NCBI RefSeq assembly: GCF_029946165.1
Contig: NZ_JAQSDZ010000024.1
Span: 35,825-99,824 of the forward strand
Length of the DNA: 64,000 bases
Direction: 5' to 3'
Source: Methylotenera sp.
Lineage (GTDB): Bacteria; Pseudomonadota; Gammaproteobacteria; Burkholderiales; Methylophilaceae
The notes beneath the pieces are model-generated. The model was not told where the DNA came from and ran no database searches. It was given only the letters and a program-made list of their open reading frames with translations. Within the stretch, counting starts at the first letter, position 1, and each line of letters begins with the position of its first letter. Of the stretch, positions 60,290-64,000 are shown in pieces. The position numbers and the translations under genes were made by a program.

Positions 60290-60982
60290 TTAATCGTTTT
60301 TTTCTGACAATCGATAGCCTGCGCCTCTAACTGTTTGAATTAAATCCTCGTGACCTGATAGGGAAAGTGCATTACGTAAACGGCGAATATGCACGTCTAC
60401 TGTGCGATCTTCAACAAACACCCGGTCGCCCCAAACTTTATCCAAAAGCTGGCTGCGCGTGTGAACACGTTCAGCATTCGTCATAAAAAAGTGTAATAGT
60501 CTAAACTCAGTTGGGCCTAGGTCGATCGTTTTGTTATTGCCAGTGACACGATGAGTGGTTGGGTCTAGTCGTAGACCAGCCATTTCAATTGGATCATCTG
60601 TCATTTGTGGTGCGCGGCGACGTAACACGGCTTTAATGCGTGCATTTAATTCGCGTGGACTAAATGGTTTGGTGACGTAATCATCTGCGCCAACTTCTAA
60701 ACCACGTACTTTGTCGTATTCATCGCCCCGAGCAGTTAGCATAATAATAGGGATAGTCTTTGTTAGGTTGTCTGATTTCAACAAACGGGCAAATTCTAGG
60801 CCATTCATTCCTGGCAACATCCAGTCCAATAAAATTAAGTCGGGGATGGTTTCACGCATTAGGTTTTGTGCTATTTCTACACTTAATGCGCGCATGGCAT
60901 TATGTCCCGCTTGGGTAATGTTTAGCGCGAGTAGTTCCTGAATCGCTGGTTCATCTTCCACAACTAATATATTGGCTGGCAT
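60290..60982 (-). CDS. phoB: Phosphate regulon response regulator PhoB
   Basis: LLDWMLPG, GADDYVTKPFSP, DRTVDVHIRRLR. Confidence 0.96.
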   Translation of the reverse strand: MPANILVVEDEPAIQELLALNITQAGHNAMRALSVEIAQNLMRETIPDLILLDWMLPGMNGLEFARLLKSDNLTKTIPIIMLTARGDEYDKVRGLEVGADDYVTKPFSPRELNARIKAVLRRRAPQMTDDPIEMAGLRLDPTTHRVTGNNKTIDLGPTEFRLLHFFMTNAERVHTRSQLLDKVWGDRVFVEDRTVDVHIRRLRNALSLSGHEDLIQTVRGAGYRLSEKND

Positions 60983-61028
60983 AATTTCCTCTTGGATATA
61001 CTTTTTATGACTTTATTTTTGCCAGTTT

Positions 61029-61057
61029 ATGATTTAAATGTGACATTTTAATGACAA
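61029..61057 (-). promoter_or_regulatory. Pho box upstream of phoB
   Basis: Minus strand TTGTCAT-TAAA-ATGTCAC-ATTT-AAATCAT, 11-bp periodicity. Confidence 0.8.
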
Positions 61058-61145
61058 ATAATGAATTTTAAAATTCCACAAGAGTACTTATATTTAAAGC
61101 GCTTGCACCCAATTACCACGTTTTGAATTGCCATTTTTTTTAATT

Positions 61146-61162
61146 TGTTACATCATGTAACA
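61146..61162. promoter_or_regulatory. Palindrome upstream of the OFA MFS gene
   Basis: TGTTACA-TCA-TGTAACA. Confidence 0.5.
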
Positions 61163-61206
61163 TGTTGTAATTACGCAATAATAATTCTTATATTTAAGAG
61201 GCTGGC

Positions 61207-62889
61207 ATGGCGAATTTTTTATCCAAAGAGCATATTACCGCAAATGCAAATTTTAATCGCTGGCTAGTGCCCCCAGCTGCATTGGCTGTACATCTGTCCA
61301 TCGGTATGGCCTATGGGTTTAGTGTTTTCTGGAAGCCCTTAGGTAATGCACTAATGGGTGTGGATGGCAAGCCCTTAGCTGCTTGTGCGGCTGGAGCAAC
61401 TAATTTATCTGAAAAGCTTTCTGGCACGGCAAGGGCTTTGTTTGCGACAGACTGTAATTGGACACAGTTTGATTTAGGTTGGATGTTTACTCTATTTTTT
61501 GTGCTGCTCGGTTGTTCGGCTGCGCTTTGGGGTGGCTGGCTAGAACGTGAAGGCCCGCGTAAAGCAGGTTTGGTCTCTATGGTCTTGTGGTGCGGCGGTT
61601 TGCTTATCTCTGCATACGGGGTGTATGCGCATCAATTGTGGTTAATGTGGTTAGGTAGCGGTGTAATTGGCGGTATAGGCCTTGGTTTAGGTTATATTTC
61701 ACCAGTTTCCACTTTAATTAAATGGTTCCCTGATCGTCGCGGCATGGCTACTGGCATGGCGATTATGGGTTTTGGCGGTGGTGCGATGATAGGCTCACCG
61801 CTTGCCGCTAAATTGATGTTGCACTTCGCAACACCAAATAATCCAGGCGTTTGGCAGACATTCGTTGCTTTAGCTGCTATTTATTTTGTATTTATGTTGT
61901 GGGGTTCGCTAAGCTATCGCGTACCGCCAACAGGCTGGAAACCTGCAAATTGGACACCTCCGGCATCACAAAATAATGTGATGATTTCTAACAAACATGT
62001 TCATCTTAATAATGCCCACAAAACACCACAGTTCTGGTTGTTGTGGTTGGTGTTGTGTATGAATGTGTCTGCAGGTATCGGTATTATTGGCGCAGCTGCA
62101 CCTATGTTACAAGAAACCTTTGGCGGCGCACTAATAGGGCAGCCTGACATTGGTTTTGCTGACATAAAAAAAGATGAAGCACTGACTGCTGCGGCCGCGG
62201 CAGTAGGGGCGGGTTTCGTTGGCTTGATTTCATTATTTAATATTTTTGGCCGTTTTGCTTGGGCTACTTCATCGGATAAATTAGGACGTAAACGGACTTA
62301 CTACATTTTCTTTGTATTGGGTGCGTTGATGTATTGCACCGCAACTTATGTGGCGGGTTTTAAATCACTAGCCTTATTTGTAGGGGCTTTCTGTGTGATT
62401 GCCTCTATGTATGGTGGTGGCTTTGCTACGATACCTGCATACTTGGCGGATATGTTCGGTACGCAGTTTGTGGGTGCGATTCACGGGCGCTTACTCACAG
62501 CATGGTCTACAGCTGGAATTTTAGGGCCAGTCGTAGTGAATTATATGCATGACACGCGCTTAGAAGCTAAAGTGCCATTTGACCAAGTATATGCGCCCAT
62601 ATTTATGGTGCTGGCAGGTTTACTTGTTGTGGGTTTTATCGCGAACTTTTTAGTTAAGCCTGTGGCTGGAAAATTCTACATGACGGATACCGAGCTTGAA
62701 GCTGTAAGGAAATCGGCGCATGAAAAATCTGATGTTATTAATGCTACTAATACAAACTCTACGGTGAATAATACTTCGCAATCGACTAGCCATCCAATAT
62801 TGGTAGTACTTGCATGGGCTTTGGTCTTAGTTCCTATCAGTTATGGTGTTTGGAGCACTATTCAAAAGGCTTGGGGATTATTTCAATAA
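61207..62889 (+). CDS. OFA family MFS transporter (oxalate/formate antiporter-like)
   Basis: FNRWLVPPAALAVHLSIG, WFPDRRGMATG, MYGGGFATIPAYLAD, HGRLLTAWS. Confidence 0.92.
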   Translation: MANFLSKEHITANANFNRWLVPPAALAVHLSIGMAYGFSVFWKPLGNALMGVDGKPLAACAAGATNLSEKLSGTARALFATDCNWTQFDLGWMFTLFFVLLGCSAALWGGWLEREGPRKAGLVSMVLWCGGLLISAYGVYAHQLWLMWLGSGVIGGIGLGLGYISPVSTLIKWFPDRRGMATGMAIMGFGGGAMIGSPLAAKLMLHFATPNNPGVWQTFVALAAIYFVFMLWGSLSYRVPPTGWKPANWTPPASQNNVMISNKHVHLNNAHKTPQFWLLWLVLCMNVSAGIGIIGAAAPMLQETFGGALIGQPDIGFADIKKDEALTAAAAAVGAGFVGLISLFNIFGRFAWATSSDKLGRKRTYYIFFVLGALMYCTATYVAGFKSLALFVGAFCVIASMYGGGFATIPAYLADMFGTQFVGAIHGRLLTAWSTAGILGPVVVNYMHDTRLEAKVPFDQVYAPIFMVLAGLLVVGFIANFLVKPVAGKFYMTDTELEAVRKSAHEKSDVINATNTNSTVNNTSQSTSHPILVVLAWALVLVPISYGVWSTIQKAWGLFQ

Positions 62890-62992
62890 ATCAGATGTAG
62901 AGCGTCAATATGACCATTTTACTAAATCATTATTAGCGATATGCGGTAAAATACGGTTTTGTGAATTGTGCAGTAGCGCTTAAGGATAAAAC

Positions 62993-63442
62993 GTGAGAGA
63001 AATTGAAAAAAACTTAGATGGAACAGGCCTGCAAATCGGCGTAGTACTTTCAAGATTTAATAGTGATATTGGTGATGGTTTGCTTAGTGCATGTACGGCA
63101 GAGTTGCTGAAGTTAGGCGTTGCTAGCGATGATATTACCATTGCAACCGTGCCAGGCGCGTTAGAAACTCCATTGGTTTTGCAACATATGGCGATTAGTG
63201 AAAAGTTTGACGCTTTGATTGCGCTAGGTGCAATTATTCGCGGTGAAACTTACCATTTTGAAGTGGTTTCTAATGAGTCAGCACGCGGCATTTCTGAGGT
63301 GCAATTTAACACTGGCATCCCAGTAGCAAACGCCGTGCTGACGACTGAAGATGATGACCAAGCGATTGCGCGTATGCATGTTAAAGGTGCTGAAGCCGCA
63401 CAAGTAGCCATTGAAATGGCTAATTTGGTTAGATCGCTATGA
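62993..63442 (+). CDS. ribH: 6,7-dimethyl-8-ribityllumazine synthase
   Basis: [30 protein letters not shown]. Confidence 0.96.
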   Translation: MREIEKNLDGTGLQIGVVLSRFNSDIGDGLLSACTAELLKLGVASDDITIATVPGALETPLVLQHMAISEKFDALIALGAIIRGETYHFEVVSNESARGISEVQFNTGIPVANAVLTTEDDDQAIARMHVKGAEAAQVAIEMANLVRSL

Positions 63443-63966
63443 TGGCTGAGAATGACGCTTTATTAACCAGCCTTGTTGTACAAAACGAAGCTGATCAAAA
63501 TAATGTAGCAAAAAAACCATCAGCAAAAAAGAAGTCAGGTCAAAACCGTAGAAAATCACGTGAGTTGGTATTAAAAGCAGTTTATCGGGGTATGTTGAAT
63601 CAGTCCGAAATGAGCGCAGTGTATCGCGATATGGCAGACGATCCAGATTACGCCAAGGCCGATGAAGCCTATTTTAAACAATTACTTGAAGCTGTTGGTG
63701 AGCATGCCACTGAACTTGATGAAAAAATGGCAGCATTTATTGACCGCAAAGTCAGTGAGTTAAGTCCCATAGAACACGCCATTTTACAAATTTCTGGTTG
63801 TGAATTGATGTTCGATATGAGTATTCCCTATCGAGTAGTGATTAATGAAGGCGTAGAGTTAGCTAAGATTTATGGTGGGGTTGATGGCCATAAATATATC
63901 AATGGTGTGTTAGATAAGCTGGCAGCTGATGTGCGTGCTTCAGAAGTGCAAAATAGTAAAAGTTAA
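63439..63966 (+). CDS. nusB: Transcription antitermination factor NusB
   Basis: [43 protein letters not shown]. Confidence 0.95.
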   Translation: MMAENDALLTSLVVQNEADQNNVAKKPSAKKKSGQNRRKSRELVLKAVYRGMLNQSEMSAVYRDMADDPDYAKADEAYFKQLLEAVGEHATELDEKMAAFIDRKVSELSPIEHAILQISGCELMFDMSIPYRVVINEGVELAKIYGGVDGHKYINGVLDKLAADVRASEVQNSKS

Positions 63967-64000
63967 AAAAATTTTAAATCAAAAAACTTTATGCTATTAA

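Overview
Chromosomal window from a methylotrophic betaproteobacterium; gene content and style suggest Methylophilaceae (Methylotenera-like), which is an inference. Left to right: (1) System I cytochrome c maturation genes ccmC'DEFGHI, pepN, a YbaL-type K+/H+ antiporter, an HDOD-GAF protein and a PEP-CTERM protein. (2) An mxaRSACKL methanol-dehydrogenase maturation cluster with no mxaFJGI or xoxF in the window. (3) A partial denitrification block: Dnr-type regulator, norCB-norE-norF-like-norQD, a lipoprotein NirK with a fused cytochrome c, a FGE/NirV-like protein and SCO, with three TTGAT-N4-GTCAA boxes. (4) A decaying ~14.5 kb island between tRNA-Arg(CCG) and a degenerate copy of its 3' end. 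It carries sulfur-detox, zinc (Zur/COG0523) and osmoadaptation (MscS, CPA1, MarR, sps-spp, fructokinase) modules, an IS30 scar and several pseudogenes, including an internally deleted amylosucrase. (5) Core genes: cytochrome c5, apaH, olsBA behind a Pho-box array, slyB, a PfkB kinase, mxaD, hemJ, tlpA, a DUF3683 FAD/Fe-S protein, lipoproteins, phoBR, an OFA-family MFS, ribH and nusB. The best candidate for an undescribed system occurs twice in the window. Each copy pairs a TetR repressor with a membrane protein made of an HTH-less TetR-like domain, one TM helix and a two-cysteine periplasmic domain. One copy sits at mxaRSACKL and the other at mxaD, and both divergent promoters share the core ACAG-N2-CTGT.
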